A stretch of DNA of 64,000 nt from an uncultured Pseudoxanthomonas sp. (GCA_965650035.1 CBFGMR010000010.1:2593-66592), one strand, 5' to 3'; positions 46,695 to 57,038 are shown, counted from the first letter of the stretch. Program-made: numbers and translations. Notes: generated by a model not told the origin, from the letters alone.

Positions 46695-47939
46695 TCAGGA
46701 TGATTCGCAGGCCACCGAATCGGACGGCGCGTCGGCAAGCACGCGCGCCGCGTGCGCAGTCTTGCTGGCCCATACATAGATCAGCAGTCCGACCACCGCG
46801 GTGGCGGCGCCGACATAGCCGGTCGATGTCCAGCCATAACCGGCGGTGATCGCCATTCCGCCCAACCAGGGCCCCAGCGCATTGGCGGTGTTGAACGCGG
46901 CGTGATGCGAAGCCGCCGCCAGCGTCTGCGCATCGCCGGCCACGTCCATCAGCTGCGATTGCAGGATAGGCCCCAGTGCGCCCATCAGTCCTATGGCGAC
47001 CGTCGCCAGCAGCAAGGTCGGCAGCCACTGCGCCATCAACGGGAACAGCAACAACATCGCCAAGGCCCACGCCAGCACCACCCAGGCGCCACGCAATTTG
47101 AAGCGATCGGACAGCCAGCCGCCGGCGAAATTGCCGATCACCCCGCCGACGCCGAACCCCACCAGTCCCAGCGGAATCCACGCCGCCGATACCCGCGTCA
47201 CTTCCAGCATCGTCGGCGCCAGATAGCTGAAAACGGCGAACATGCCGGCGAAGCCAATCGCGCCGATGCCCAGCGCCTGCCATACCGGCAAACGGTTGAA
47301 TGCACGCAGTTCGTCCAGCGGTTTGGCCTTGGGACCATCCACATGGGCTGGCAGCCACACCGCCAGCAGCACCGCTGTGGCGACGGCGATCATCGACACC
47401 GCAGCGTAGATCCAGCGCCAATCGACCAGCTGCCCCACCCACGTCGCCAGCGGATTGCCGATCAGGATCGCCAGGGTCAGGCCCAGCATCACGATGCTGA
47501 TTGCACGGCCACGCCGGTGAGGCGGACTGATCGCTACCGCCGTCAACGCCGCCACGCCGAAATAGGCGCCGTGCGGCAGGCCGGCGATGAAGCGGAACAG
47601 CAACAGGCTGTGATATGTCGGGCCCAACGCACTGGCGAGGTTGCCAAGCGCGTAGAAGCCCATCAGCGACAGAAGTAATGTCTTGCGTGTCCAACCCGCG
47701 CCCAGGATGGCGAGCAATGGCGCCCCCACCACCACGCCCAGCGCGTAGGCGCTGATCAGATGGCCCACTTGCGGCTCGGACACGCCCAGCGAGGCCACCA
47801 TGTTGGGCATCAGGCCCATGCTGGCGAACTCGCTGGTGCCGATGGCGAAACCGCCCAGGGTCAGCGCGAACAGGATCAGCGCCACTTGGCGCGGCGTCAG
47901 ATCTGCGTTGGTATTGGGAATGGGGGAAACATAGGCCAT
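46695..47939 (-). CDS. MFS transporter (DHA1/AraJ-like)
   Basis: FAIGTSEFASMGL, AYALGVVVGAP, RFIAGLPHGAYFG, AFNTANALG. Confidence 0.93.
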   Translation of the reverse strand: MAYVSPIPNTNADLTPRQVALILFALTLGGFAIGTSEFASMGLMPNMVASLGVSEPQVGHLISAYALGVVVGAPLLAILGAGWTRKTLLLSLMGFYALGNLASALGPTYHSLLLFRFIAGLPHGAYFGVAALTAVAISPPHRRGRAISIVMLGLTLAILIGNPLATWVGQLVDWRWIYAAVSMIAVATAVLLAVWLPAHVDGPKAKPLDELRAFNRLPVWQALGIGAIGFAGMFAVFSYLAPTMLEVTRVSAAWIPLGLVGFGVGGVIGNFAGGWLSDRFKLRGAWVVLAWALAMLLLFPLMAQWLPTLLLATVAIGLMGALGPILQSQLMDVAGDAQTLAAASHHAAFNTANALGPWLGGMAITAGYGWTSTGYVGAATAVVGLLIYVWASKTAHAARVLADAPSDSVACESS

Positions 47940-48095
47940 ACCACATTATGCTGCATCGCAGCAAAGCGGTCGAGCGCGCTGTTGGAACGCTGCATTGAAG
48001 CGACGGCCAAGATTCCGCCGAGATCGCCCGCAGAGATCGCCCGCCGAACGGCGATCTCCGCGCAAAAACGCTGCCTCGCTCACTGGTTTTTGTAT

Positions 48096-48536
48096 TCAGC
48101 GATGCTGTTCCGCATGCAGCCGCAATACTTCCAGCGTGCCTCTCCAATACAGCTCCATGTGCCGATAGATGCTTTCGGTGGGGAAGCCGGTGATCGCCAA
48201 GGTCAGCGAAGTCGCATCGCCCGCGGGCGTCAGGCCGAACCCCAGCGTGGTGTAGTTCGCCTCTTCATCGGCCGGAAGCCGCGATAGCGAACTCAGATGG
48301 GTGTAGCCGAGCCGAGCTTGCGGAACGAACTCCAACACCACACCACGGTTCTCGAACGGCACATGGTGATGCCCACGGATCACGATGGGACCGCCTACGT
48401 TCCAATCGGTATCTATCCCGATTCCCAATTCCGGTTCGCCCATCCATGCCTTCATCCGTTCGGGAATCACCAGGCTGTCCCAGACAACCTCAATCGGAGC
48501 GTCGATGAGGATGGCCTGTTGGAAAGTTTGAGTCAT
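48096..48536 (-). CDS. SRPBCC/AHSA1 domain protein
   Basis: ILIDAPIEVVWDSL, TDWNVGGPI, helix-grip pattern. Confidence 0.85.
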   Translation of the reverse strand: MTQTFQQAILIDAPIEVVWDSLVIPERMKAWMGEPELGIGIDTDWNVGGPIVIRGHHHVPFENRGVVLEFVPQARLGYTHLSSLSRLPADEEANYTTLGFGLTPAGDATSLTLAITGFPTESIYRHMELYWRGTLEVLRLHAEQHR

Positions 48537-48676
48537 CAGCGAATCGAATAAGGTGCTGTGGGGCGGGCTTCAACCCGCGTTAGGATCGGTTCCAGTCCAA
48601 GCTGCATCCTAACGACGGATATCGCTTCGCTCAACCCATCCTACGGCCAAGAGAGGCTTGAACAACTCTTGTTCTG

Positions 48677-48736
48677 CCCGAGCGTAGCGAGGGATCCGCT
48701 GCTTTGCAGGGAAGCAGATCCCTCGCTACGCTCGGG
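48677..48736. repeat. REP-like inverted repeat pair
   Basis: Perfect 20-bp IR CCCGAGCGTAGCGAGGGATC / GATCCCTCGCTACGCTCGGG with 20-nt spacer; right arm continues ATGAC. Confidence 0.8.
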
Positions 48737-48763
48737 ATGACAGTCGAGTTGCTCGCAAGTTCC

Positions 48764-49222
48764 CTAGTTCCAGTTATCGATCTTGATGTCGTCGGGCGAA
48801 GGCCTGCCTTTTCCTGTTTCCACCAGTTCCTTCAGGCTCAACAGGAAGATCGCCCACTTCATGCTGCAGTGCTCGGTGAACTCGACCGCTTCGCGCCAGT
48901 TCCTGTGCCCGAAATGGACGATGGTGTAGTCGTCCTGCTGCTCCAGCTTGAAGACCACGTCGGTGCCTATCCATTCTTCCGGCCCCACCGTGCAGCGCCA
49001 ATGCACCTGCTTGTCAGGATCAAGACTGATCACTTGCATGGTCATGGCACCGATTCGTTCCCCGTCCAGGGTGAGGAATTCGAAGTTGATCGTTTCGCCG
49101 GGTTTGGAAACTCCGTTCGTCGCCGTCGTCCACCAACCCGCTACGCCTTCGATCGTCGACAGCGCCGCATAGACCTTCGACAAGGGCGCCTTTATTCCGA
49201 CGCGATGAATGATGTCGATCAT
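48764..49222 (-). CDS. SRPBCC/AHSA1 domain protein
   Basis: DIIHRVGIKAP..KVYAALST.EG..GWW, WIGTDVVF, CSMKWAIFLLSLKELVETGKG.P.P. Confidence 0.88.
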   Translation of the reverse strand: MIDIIHRVGIKAPLSKVYAALSTIEGVAGWWTTATNGVSKPGETINFEFLTLDGERIGAMTMQVISLDPDKQVHWRCTVGPEEWIGTDVVFKLEQQDDYTIVHFGHRNWREAVEFTEHCSMKWAIFLLSLKELVETGKGRPSPDDIKIDNWN

Positions 49223-49259
49223 TTTCCTACTCCTTGTTATTGAACTCGAATAAGCGCGA

Positions 49260-49937
49260 TCACGCGGCGACGGCTTTTGGACGGCGCACGGCGCGGACGT
49301 TTCCACTGCCTCCACCGCCGCAATAGAAAAGACCGGCGCCGTCCGACTCCAGGCCGCTGATGCCGGTCCCCGACGGCATTTCCAGCCGTTCGAGCACTTC
49401 GCCGCTGCCGGGATTTATCCGGCGCAGTTCGCTCTCTTCGCCTTCCCAGGTGCCGTGCCACAGCTCGCCGTCTACCCAGGTCACGCCGGTGACGAAGCGA
49501 TTGGATTCGATGGTGCGCTTGACCGCACCGGTGTCCGGATCTATCTGGTGAATCTTGCGGTCCCGGTACTGACCCACCCACAGGCTGCCTTCGGCCCAGG
49601 TGAGTCCGGAATCGGAGCCATGGCCAGGCGCGGGAATCGAGGACACCACCTTGCCGGTGGCCGCATCGATCTTGTCGATGCGCGCTTCGGCGATCTGATA
49701 GAGGTGGGTGCCATCGAACGCGGTGCCGGCGTCGCAGGCGACGTCCAGCGTGCGTGTGGGCTCACCGCTTTCGGGATCGAAGCCGACCAGCTTGGCGCCG
49801 GTGGCGGCCCAGACGCGCTGGCCGTCGTGGGTCACGCCGTTCACTTTCCCGCTTTCGCTGAAGGGTCCGTACTCGCGGACGATTTCCGCCGCGCGCGGCG
49901 CGGGCTGCTGGGCGGCTTTGTTTGCGGAACTTGTCAT
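49260..49937 (-). CDS. Glutaminyl-cyclase-like / PQQ-like beta-propeller protein
   Basis: Repeated blades GVTHDG, GTAFDG, GLTWAEG, GVTWVDG, GLESDG; start 49937 or 49979. Confidence 0.8.
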   Translation of the reverse strand: MTSSANKAAQQPAPRAAEIVREYGPFSESGKVNGVTHDGQRVWAATGAKLVGFDPESGEPTRTLDVACDAGTAFDGTHLYQIAEARIDKIDAATGKVVSSIPAPGHGSDSGLTWAEGSLWVGQYRDRKIHQIDPDTGAVKRTIESNRFVTGVTWVDGELWHGTWEGEESELRRINPGSGEVLERLEMPSGTGISGLESDGAGLFYCGGGGSGNVRAVRRPKAVAA

Positions 49938-49981
49938 CGTTGTCTCCTGAGGCCGCTCTGGATCGGCGGTGTGGGACAACT

Positions 49982-51202
49982 CTATTCAATCGGCAGCGAA
50001 GCAGGGAGTAACAAGATCGTCGTGAATCCCGCCAGCGGCGGGGCCAGCCAGCGACGCGCCCGCGCGCGACCGATCGAGCGCACGCGTTCGGCGGCCTCCA
50101 GTTCGACCAGCGCGCGCTGGACCGTACGCTGGCTGTCGCCCAGAGCCAACGCCAGTGCGGAGGTCGACCACGCCGCGCCATCGGAGAGCAACGCCAGCAA
50201 CGAAGCCTGATCGCCGTCGATCGGTGGCGCCAACACGGCGACGTCCTGCGCGTCGTCGGGAACCAGGATGAAACCTCGAGGCGTGGCTTCGATGCGCGCC
50301 ATCCCCCGGGCCAACGCGCGCAAGCGGCCGATCTCCACGCGCAAGCGCGCGCGATGCGTGTCATCGGGGCGCCGCGTGCGGAACGCATCTGCGATCAGGC
50401 TTTCCCGATCGGCATCGTCCGGCCAGGCTTCGGCAAGCATGCGCGCCAGTGCGAACAGCACTGGCCGACGCGCAAGCGACCGCCATTGCACGCCCGCGCG
50501 CAGGCCGCGACGGCAACCGTCGACCACCAGCGCACCGGAGGCCAGCAAGGTCGCGACTTCGTCCAGCCGCAACGCCTGCTCGCCGTTGGCGGACAGGCGC
50601 CGGGCGGCGGGACGATCGAGCGTAGTGCGCGCTTCGGCCACTTCGGACAGGAGTGCCGGTACGCGCGCGCGCTCGGCCGCTTCACGCGCTCTGGCCAGCG
50701 CCGCCAGCGCCGGGCCGATGCGCAGCGAACGCAGCGCCAATTCCGCCTGGGTCAACTCGGCCACTGCCGCCAGCGCCGGCGGCAAGCCACGCGCATCGAT
50801 CCGTGCCATGGCGGCTTCGGCATCATGCAGGCGGCCCAACAGCAACAGCCGGCGTGTTGCGATCACGTGCGCCTGCAGCGCATTGGCGTGATCGGCGCGC
50901 GCCTCGAGCGTGGCCGACGCCGCCGTCAGCGCGCGTGGCGAACCGCCCAGGTCGCGCATGGCCAGCGCCACCTCTGCTTCGGCAACGACGCAGCGCGCAC
51001 GCGCCAGCGCTTCGTGCGCGCCGAAGCCGCGCGCGGCGCGGCGCAGCAATTCGCGCGCACGCGGGTGCTCGCCCAGCTGGGCCATGGCGATGCCACGCAG
51101 GGCCAGCGCGGGAGGATCTTCGCGCAGGGCGATCCGCTTGAGCGCACCCAGGGCGTCGCCTGCGGAAAGGGCGCGTGCGGCGGCGGCGATCAGGGAATCC
51201 AT
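49982..51202 (-). CDS. Helical-repeat plus HTH putative transcriptional regulator
   Basis: Ala-rich TPR-like N-terminus; winged-helix segment; C-terminal HTH WSTSALALALGDSQRTVQRAL. Confidence 0.7.
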   Translation of the reverse strand: MDSLIAAAARALSAGDALGALKRIALREDPPALALRGIAMAQLGEHPRARELLRRAARGFGAHEALARARCVVAEAEVALAMRDLGGSPRALTAASATLEARADHANALQAHVIATRRLLLLGRLHDAEAAMARIDARGLPPALAAVAELTQAELALRSLRIGPALAALARAREAAERARVPALLSEVAEARTTLDRPAARRLSANGEQALRLDEVATLLASGALVVDGCRRGLRAGVQWRSLARRPVLFALARMLAEAWPDDADRESLIADAFRTRRPDDTHRARLRVEIGRLRALARGMARIEATPRGFILVPDDAQDVAVLAPPIDGDQASLLALLSDGAAWSTSALALALGDSQRTVQRALVELEAAERVRSIGRARARRWLAPPLAGFTTILLLPASLPIE

Positions 51203-51286
51203 GGCGACAGGCTACACCGCTGTCCCCATGACATCCCGGGAATGAAGAAACCAGGACCGACTTGCGGCTGTTTCCCGAACGAATGC

Positions 51287-51321
51287 GACGAAGGCAGTCA
51301 AGTCGCTTGACTGCCTTCGTC
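51287..51321. terminator. Hairpin downstream of TonB receptor (probable terminator)
   Basis: Perfect 16-bp stem GACGAAGGCAGTCAAG/CTTGACTGCCTTCGTC. Confidence 0.65.
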
Positions 51322-51358
51322 ATTCTTCAGAGAGTTTCCGCCCGTTCCGGCGACCGCA

Positions 51359-54319
51359 TCAGTCGAATCTGTACACCACCTCCGCCGCCACTTCGCGACC
51401 TACCGGGTTGGCCACGCAGAAGGCGAAGCCGCCGCACCACTTGTCCTGGAAGTGATCGTCCAGAATGTTGTTGACGTAGAGGTTCAGGCGCAGCGCTTCG
51501 TTGAACTGGTAGCCGACGCTGGCGTTCCAGTAGATCTTGTCCTGGTTGTAGAAGTCCACCAGCTCGCTCTGCTGTCCGTAACTGATGCTCTGCTCGCCCA
51601 GTTCGTTCACACGCAGATCGGTGCAATCGGTGGCCACATCCGGGCGGAAACCGTTGGGTAGTGCAGCGCAACCGCCGTTGCGGTCGCTGCGGGTACCCGC
51701 GGTCCAGTCCACGTACAGCACCGCGGTCCAGGGATCCATCGTCCAGGTGGCGCTGGCGCGGCCGCGATAGCGTATCTGCCGATCCTGGTCGCGGGTGTTT
51801 TCGAACAGGTCGCCTTCGAACTGGGCGATTTTATAGGTCAGCTGCTGGGTGTAGTTCAGCGCGAAATCGAACGTTCCCCAGTTCGCGGTCTGCCACTGAT
51901 AGCGCGAAGCCACATCGATGCCGCTCACGCTCTGCTTGGCGCGGTTGATCGGACCGATTTCGACGCGGGTGACGACGCCGTTGGCGTCGCGGGTGACGCG
52001 GCTGAGCTGCAGGTCGCACAGCGCCTGGCTGGGCGGAGTGCGGTGCGGCTTGTCGGCGGGCGATTGCCCGGTCAGGCAATAGGCCTCGTCAAGCAGCACC
52101 TGGTCGGCGCTGACGTCATCGATCGCATTGTCGATATTGACCCGCCAGTAGTCGGCGCTGAGCGAGAAGCCCTCGAACGCATCCCAGACGAAGCCGTAAG
52201 TGAACGAATCGCCGGTTTCGTACAGCAGGTCTTCGGTGCCCTGCCGGGCGATCAGAGGATTGTCGATGTGATACGGGTCGCCATCACCGCCGGGGCAATT
52301 GCTGGTCTGCCGGTTGGGATCGGTCAGGCAGGCCAGGTAATCGACCTGATCGGCAACGCTTTCGCTGGGATCGGCGTAGACGAAGTGCATGTCCGGGGCG
52401 CGGAAGCTGGTGGCGTAGCTGCTGCGCAGGAGCAAGTTGGAGAACGGACGCCACTCCAGACCCACGTTGTAGGTGGTAGCCGCATCGTCGGCGACGGCGT
52501 CGTAGCGATCGTAGCGACCGGCGGTGGACAGCGTCAGGCTCTTGAGCAACGGAATCTTGAATTCCACGCCCGCCGCGTAGCGGTTGCGTTCGCCGCCGCC
52601 TGTTTCGATGTTGCCGAACGGTGTGAAGTAAACCGGATTGGTGCCCATGGTGTTCGGGTCGGGGTACAGCTTGTAGCCCTGTTTTGCGGCTTCCAGAACG
52701 CCGGCAAAGCCGATTGGACCGGCCCAGCCTTCGAACAGATCGCCGCTGAGCACGAAGCTGCCCTGGGTGAGCCAGGTACGCGCCTTCTTGTCGCCCACCG
52801 CACGGACGCTGTCGTAGTCGCTTTGCGACACGGGGTTCCAAAGCCTGTTGTAGTCGGGAGCATGGATTTCCAGGCCGCTCGCCGCGTCGATACCCAGCGA
52901 TGGGCCCAGGAAGAATTCCGCGGCACGCGCCTCGTGGATGGTCGGGAAGCGTTCCCGCACTTCGTACTCGGCGCGGCCAATCATGACATCCCAGTCGAAG
53001 CGGTCGTTGAAGATCCTTCCGCGCAGGCCGGCGTTGACATCCCAGTTCGTTTCCTCCGACAGGGTCAGCGCGCGGTCGACGCCGCCGATCTCGCTCGGTA
53101 CGAAATAACGCAGCAGGCTGCGCTCCTGGCCGCTGTCGCGGTCTATGTAGTTGGAACTGGCCCAGGCCGGCATGAAGGTGTTGCTCTCGCCGGTGGATTT
53201 CCAGTAGCCGGCGGTCGCCCAGGCTTCGACGTTGCCGAACTGCTTGGTGCCGTACAGATAGGCCGAAAGATCCTCGCTGCCGTTGCGCAGGGTCCAGTGT
53301 TCGAACACGGCGCGGTGGGCGCATTGCCAGCCGGTATCGGTCTGCGAGCCGTCGAAATCGTTGTACAGGATGCGGTTGTGCAGGAAGAAGTCGCCGTCGA
53401 ATTGCTCGCAGGCACCCTCCGGCGGCATCAGCCGTTGACCGTTGGTCGCGTCGAACAAACGGATGCCGACGCTGGGGGTATTGGTCGCCACGCCCTGCTG
53501 CACGCCACCGTAGTTCCAGGTGCGGCGCGGCCCGTCGAATTCCGAATCCATCCACGGCCGGTCGTGCGCCCACAGCGGCTTGCGGTTGAAGTACTGCACG
53601 GTGTAGGCCACGCTCCAATCTTCGCCGTGCCTGCCGCCGGACCAGGAAACGTCGGTCACCGCGCGTCCGCCCTCGGTGGTGGTGCCGTAGCGCGCACGCA
53701 GGGTGTCGCCGTCGATGTCCTTCTTCAGGATGACGTTGACCACGCCGGCCACCGCGTCGGAGCCGTAGATCGCAGAGGCGCCGCTGGTAAGCACCTCGAT
53801 GCGGTCGACGATGCCGGTGGGGATGTTGTTGTAGTTGGCGAAGTTGCTCTTGCCCGTATAAGGCATGGGGTAGTCGGCCACGCGGTGGCCGTTGATCAGC
53901 AGCAGGCTGCGGCCGGGGCCCAGGTTGCGCAGGTTGAGCGGACTGGCGTTGACCGAACTCTGGCCCCAGTCGTAGTCGTTCTGCACGGTGCCGGTGACTT
54001 CGGTCAGCGAGCTGAGCGCTTCGTAGATGGTGGTGAAGCCTTCCTTCCTGATCTGATCGCCGGTGATGACCGTCACTGGCGCGGGGCCTTCGACTTCCGC
54101 GCGCTTGATGCGCGAGCCGGTGACCGTGATCGCGTCGAGCGTCTTGGCGCTTTTGCCGGACTCGGTGGGAGCAGGTTCGGTCTGGGCGGGGTCGACCGTC
54201 GTCTGTTCTGCCGGTGGTGGCTGCTGTGTCTGCTCCTGGGCCAGCGCCGCGAACGACGGGAACAGCGCCAATGCGAGCGCGCTCGCCAAGGCGTTGCGGT
54301 GAAAAATTGAGTACTGCAT
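51359..54319 (-). CDS. TonB-dependent receptor
   Basis: Signal peptide; LDAITVTGSRI, LRNLGPGRSLLLING, DRIEVLTSGASAIYGSDAVAGVVN plug; barrel ending YRFD. Confidence 0.95.
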   Translation of the reverse strand: MQYSIFHRNALASALALALFPSFAALAQEQTQQPPPAEQTTVDPAQTEPAPTESGKSAKTLDAITVTGSRIKRAEVEGPAPVTVITGDQIRKEGFTTIYEALSSLTEVTGTVQNDYDWGQSSVNASPLNLRNLGPGRSLLLINGHRVADYPMPYTGKSNFANYNNIPTGIVDRIEVLTSGASAIYGSDAVAGVVNVILKKDIDGDTLRARYGTTTEGGRAVTDVSWSGGRHGEDWSVAYTVQYFNRKPLWAHDRPWMDSEFDGPRRTWNYGGVQQGVATNTPSVGIRLFDATNGQRLMPPEGACEQFDGDFFLHNRILYNDFDGSQTDTGWQCAHRAVFEHWTLRNGSEDLSAYLYGTKQFGNVEAWATAGYWKSTGESNTFMPAWASSNYIDRDSGQERSLLRYFVPSEIGGVDRALTLSEETNWDVNAGLRGRIFNDRFDWDVMIGRAEYEVRERFPTIHEARAAEFFLGPSLGIDAASGLEIHAPDYNRLWNPVSQSDYDSVRAVGDKKARTWLTQGSFVLSGDLFEGWAGPIGFAGVLEAAKQGYKLYPDPNTMGTNPVYFTPFGNIETGGGERNRYAAGVEFKIPLLKSLTLSTAGRYDRYDAVADDAATTYNVGLEWRPFSNLLLRSSYATSFRAPDMHFVYADPSESVADQVDYLACLTDPNRQTSNCPGGDGDPYHIDNPLIARQGTEDLLYETGDSFTYGFVWDAFEGFSLSADYWRVNIDNAIDDVSADQVLLDEAYCLTGQSPADKPHRTPPSQALCDLQLSRVTRDANGVVTRVEIGPINRAKQSVSGIDVASRYQWQTANWGTFDFALNYTQQLTYKIAQFEGDLFENTRDQDRQIRYRGRASATWTMDPWTAVLYVDWTAGTRSDRNGGCAALPNGFRPDVATDCTDLRVNELGEQSISYGQQSELVDFYNQDKIYWNASVGYQFNEALRLNLYVNNILDDHFQDKWCGGFAFCVANPVGREVAAEVVYRFD

Positions 54320-54491
54320 GGAGCCCCCTCCTGATGTTGAATTGGCTAATGGTCCGACCGCGATGGACAGACTTGGATTTCAGAACCACCGCGTTCGCTT
54401 CGGCTTGCCGAGGATGTCAGCCGTGTGACATCGATCCCTCAGTGCGACCATACGCGACAAAATCGATCTAAATATGCGGCTTGGATCACCA

Positions 54492-54509
54492 TTTTAGAAC
54501 GATCTAAAA
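54492..54509. promoter_or_regulatory. Operator-like palindrome between divergent TBDR and hydrolase
   Basis: TTTTAGA-ACGA-TCTAAAA; related half-site CGATCTAAA at about 54464-54472. Confidence 0.5.
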
Positions 54510-54790
54510 AAGTGTTTTTCTTGAAGGCCATCGAAGCGATTCGCAGAAATCATTCCAATCACGCGACGTAGACGGACAGGACGTGCAATCTATGTCGTTG
54601 CGCCGCATTCGATGCCTTGTTTTTTTACGCCGCCTCTCACCAGCGCGGCCGGCATGCGGCGGCCTGGAACGATGTTTTGGCAATCCGCACCGGCGTACGG
54701 GCGAATATCGAAAATCCAAATTACGTTTCGCTCGCGCTTCTGCGCCATCGCCTCCTTCCCCTGGTTTCCAGCGACTGCCTCGGAGGAAAA

Positions 54791-55657
54791 ATGTCCAAGA
54801 ACAAGCCTGAGACCGTTGCAGTGGGTCCTATTGAGCTGGGATTCCGCGCTGCAGGCACCAACGAAAATCCAGCGCTCGTTCTGTTGCATGGCTGGCCGCA
54901 CTGCAGCGCTCTCTATGAGGGAGTCCTTGAGGAACTGGCGGCGGACAGGTTCGTTCTGGCGTTCGATCTGCCCGCAGTGGGCGCTTCACGCGGCGCACCA
55001 TCGTCGGCAGAGAAGACCGCATTGGCCGATATCGTCTTGCAAGCCGCTGAAACGCTGGGCGCCAGGTCCATCGCGATCGCCGGACTGGATATCGGCGGCA
55101 TGATCGCCTTCGCTGCGGCACGCGACCACGCCGATCGCATCGCCGGCGCTGTCGTCATGAATACCGTGATCCCCGGCCTGGATCCCTGGTCCAGATTGAT
55201 CGCCGATCCACGCATCTGGCATTTCGCCTTTCATGCCATTCCCGGGTTGCCCGAAACCATGGTGGCCGGCCGCGAGCGCCCGTATTTCGATTTTTTCATC
55301 GACATTCTGGCTGGAGACCCCAAAAAGATAACCGAGCCTATGCGCGCGGCATTTGTCGATGCGTACACGCGGCCGGACGCGCTGAAGGCGGGATTCGATT
55401 GGTATCGTTCCCTTGAACCCGACGCCGAACGGAATGCGGTAGCGAAGTCGATACGCACGCCCATGCTGTACCTCCGCGGCGACGCGGATGCGAAACAGAT
55501 CGACGACTACCTGCAGGGCCTCAGGCATGCCGGTGTTTCGGAACTGGAGCATGCGGTGATTCCGGGCGGCGAGTTTTCGCCACTGGAAGCGCCAAAGGAG
55601 TTCGTGGCAACGCTGGGAAATTTCTGTCGACGCTGCGATGCGTCTATTGGCCGGTGA
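54791..55657 (+). CDS. Alpha/beta hydrolase (epoxide hydrolase/dehalogenase-like)
   Basis: GGAGG RBS; LLHGWP oxyanion motif, GLDIGG nucleophile Asp, WHFAFH; expected catalytic His replaced by Glu (GGEFSPLEAP). Confidence 0.85.
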   Translation: MSKNKPETVAVGPIELGFRAAGTNENPALVLLHGWPHCSALYEGVLEELAADRFVLAFDLPAVGASRGAPSSAEKTALADIVLQAAETLGARSIAIAGLDIGGMIAFAAARDHADRIAGAVVMNTVIPGLDPWSRLIADPRIWHFAFHAIPGLPETMVAGRERPYFDFFIDILAGDPKKITEPMRAAFVDAYTRPDALKAGFDWYRSLEPDAERNAVAKSIRTPMLYLRGDADAKQIDDYLQGLRHAGVSELEHAVIPGGEFSPLEAPKEFVATLGNFCRRCDASIGR

Positions 55658-55731
55658 GGAAACCAACCCGGCCTATGCTCTTGTCCAACCCGTATTGACT
55701 GTGGTGGTCGTGGCACCGGCGTTCAGAGCTA

Positions 55732-56238
55732 TCAGGATGATTCGCTGAGCTGTGGCGAATAGGCGAAGGTCGCTTTGACGCGTTTGGACACCAGGAAGTA
55801 CGGCACCCAGACCAGCATCGCCAGGGCCGCGCGAACCAGTACGGCGAGGCTCTCGTAGCCGGTCCCTTGGCCCGCAATCGAGGGGACCTGCGCCGCCAGG
55901 AAATAATTGGCGGCAGCCACCGCGAAACTTGCCATCAACAAGCCGATGGAAAACTTCGGGGCATACGAGGAACGGACGACCAGCAACGCAAGAGCGATCA
56001 TGGCCATGGCGCCAATGACGATATGGCCGGCCAGTTCGAAAAGAAGGACGCGTTCCCACAGGGGATGGTAGGCAGGCGAATCCGGACTGGTAAGCGCATG
56101 CCAGTTGTCGCCGCTAAACAGGGGCAGGAAAGTGGAAGCGATCAGGAAGCCGATCCTGACAATCTTCAGAATCACAAATCCGGTGAAGAGCAGCAGCCAT
56201 CCCCACAGGCCGTCCAACTCGTTTACTTCTTCGTCCAC
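55732..56238 (-). CDS. DUF2569-like membrane protein
   Basis: GLWGWLL start, four TM, WVPYFLVSKRVKATF end. Confidence 0.75.
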   Translation of the reverse strand: MDEEVNELDGLWGWLLLFTGFVILKIVRIGFLIASTFLPLFSGDNWHALTSPDSPAYHPLWERVLLFELAGHIVIGAMAMIALALLVVRSSYAPKFSIGLLMASFAVAAANYFLAAQVPSIAGQGTGYESLAVLVRAALAMLVWVPYFLVSKRVKATFAYSPQLSESS

Positions 56239-56334
56239 TTCAGCCCCCCGGCCTTTTCCCACCCGCCTAGTGTGCCCGATGAGACAGCAGACCGCGTTAA
56301 ACCAAGGGGAGAAATTCGTGTTGAGGGGAGAAAA

Positions 56335-56973
56335 TCAGGCCGGCACCGGCGGCAATGGGGGCGCATCCAGTCCCTTGAACGGATCGCGCCACGCGTCGAT
56401 GGCTTCAAGCTGGCCATACCACCGCTTGAGCGACGGGTATTCGCTCAGCGGCAGTCCTGCGACGTCGTTGAAGGGCAGGAACGCGGCCATCCGGAAGTCG
56501 GCATAGGACACCGACTCCCCAACCACCCATGCCCGCCTGGAAAGCTCGGCATCGAGGATTGCAGCAGCCGTGCCGAAGCGCCTCAAACCCTCCTCCACCT
56601 GCTGCTGATCCAACGGGCCAAGCCCGTACCGCTGCTTTGTGCCGCGTTCGAAATGCACCATGTCGCAGGCTCTGGCGAAATTCTCCTTGCCCCAACTGAT
56701 CCATTGCACCATCTCCGGCTCGTCGTCGTCGGTGCGCCAGAAATCCGAACGCATGTCGCGCGACAGCCGGCAGGCGATCGCGTCGGCTTCCCAGAGGTTC
56801 TTGCCCGGGACCACCAGTATGGGCAACAGCAAATTCGGATTCAGCGCGCGATACCGCTCGCTTTGGCCCGGAGCCTGCGGCGCGGCGAACTCGAACTCGA
56901 CTTCAGCTTCCAGGTGGCGTGCCACCGCCACTGCAAGGCGTGGGTTGGGGTTGCGGCTGAAGAGCAGTTTCAT
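56335..56973 (-). CDS. Glutathione S-transferase family protein
   Basis: ALNPNLLLPIL, LWEADAIACRL, SYADF. Confidence 0.88.
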   Translation of the reverse strand: MKLLFSRNPNPRLAVAVARHLEAEVEFEFAAPQAPGQSERYRALNPNLLLPILVVPGKNLWEADAIACRLSRDMRSDFWRTDDDEPEMVQWISWGKENFARACDMVHFERGTKQRYGLGPLDQQQVEEGLRRFGTAAAILDAELSRRAWVVGESVSYADFRMAAFLPFNDVAGLPLSEYPSLKRWYGQLEAIDAWRDPFKGLDAPPLPPVPA

Positions 56974-57038
56974 TGCGTGTGGTCCTTCGAAACAGAGGCC
57001 AGGAGGCACGAAAGAAAATGCATTCTGAGCCAGTCTGG

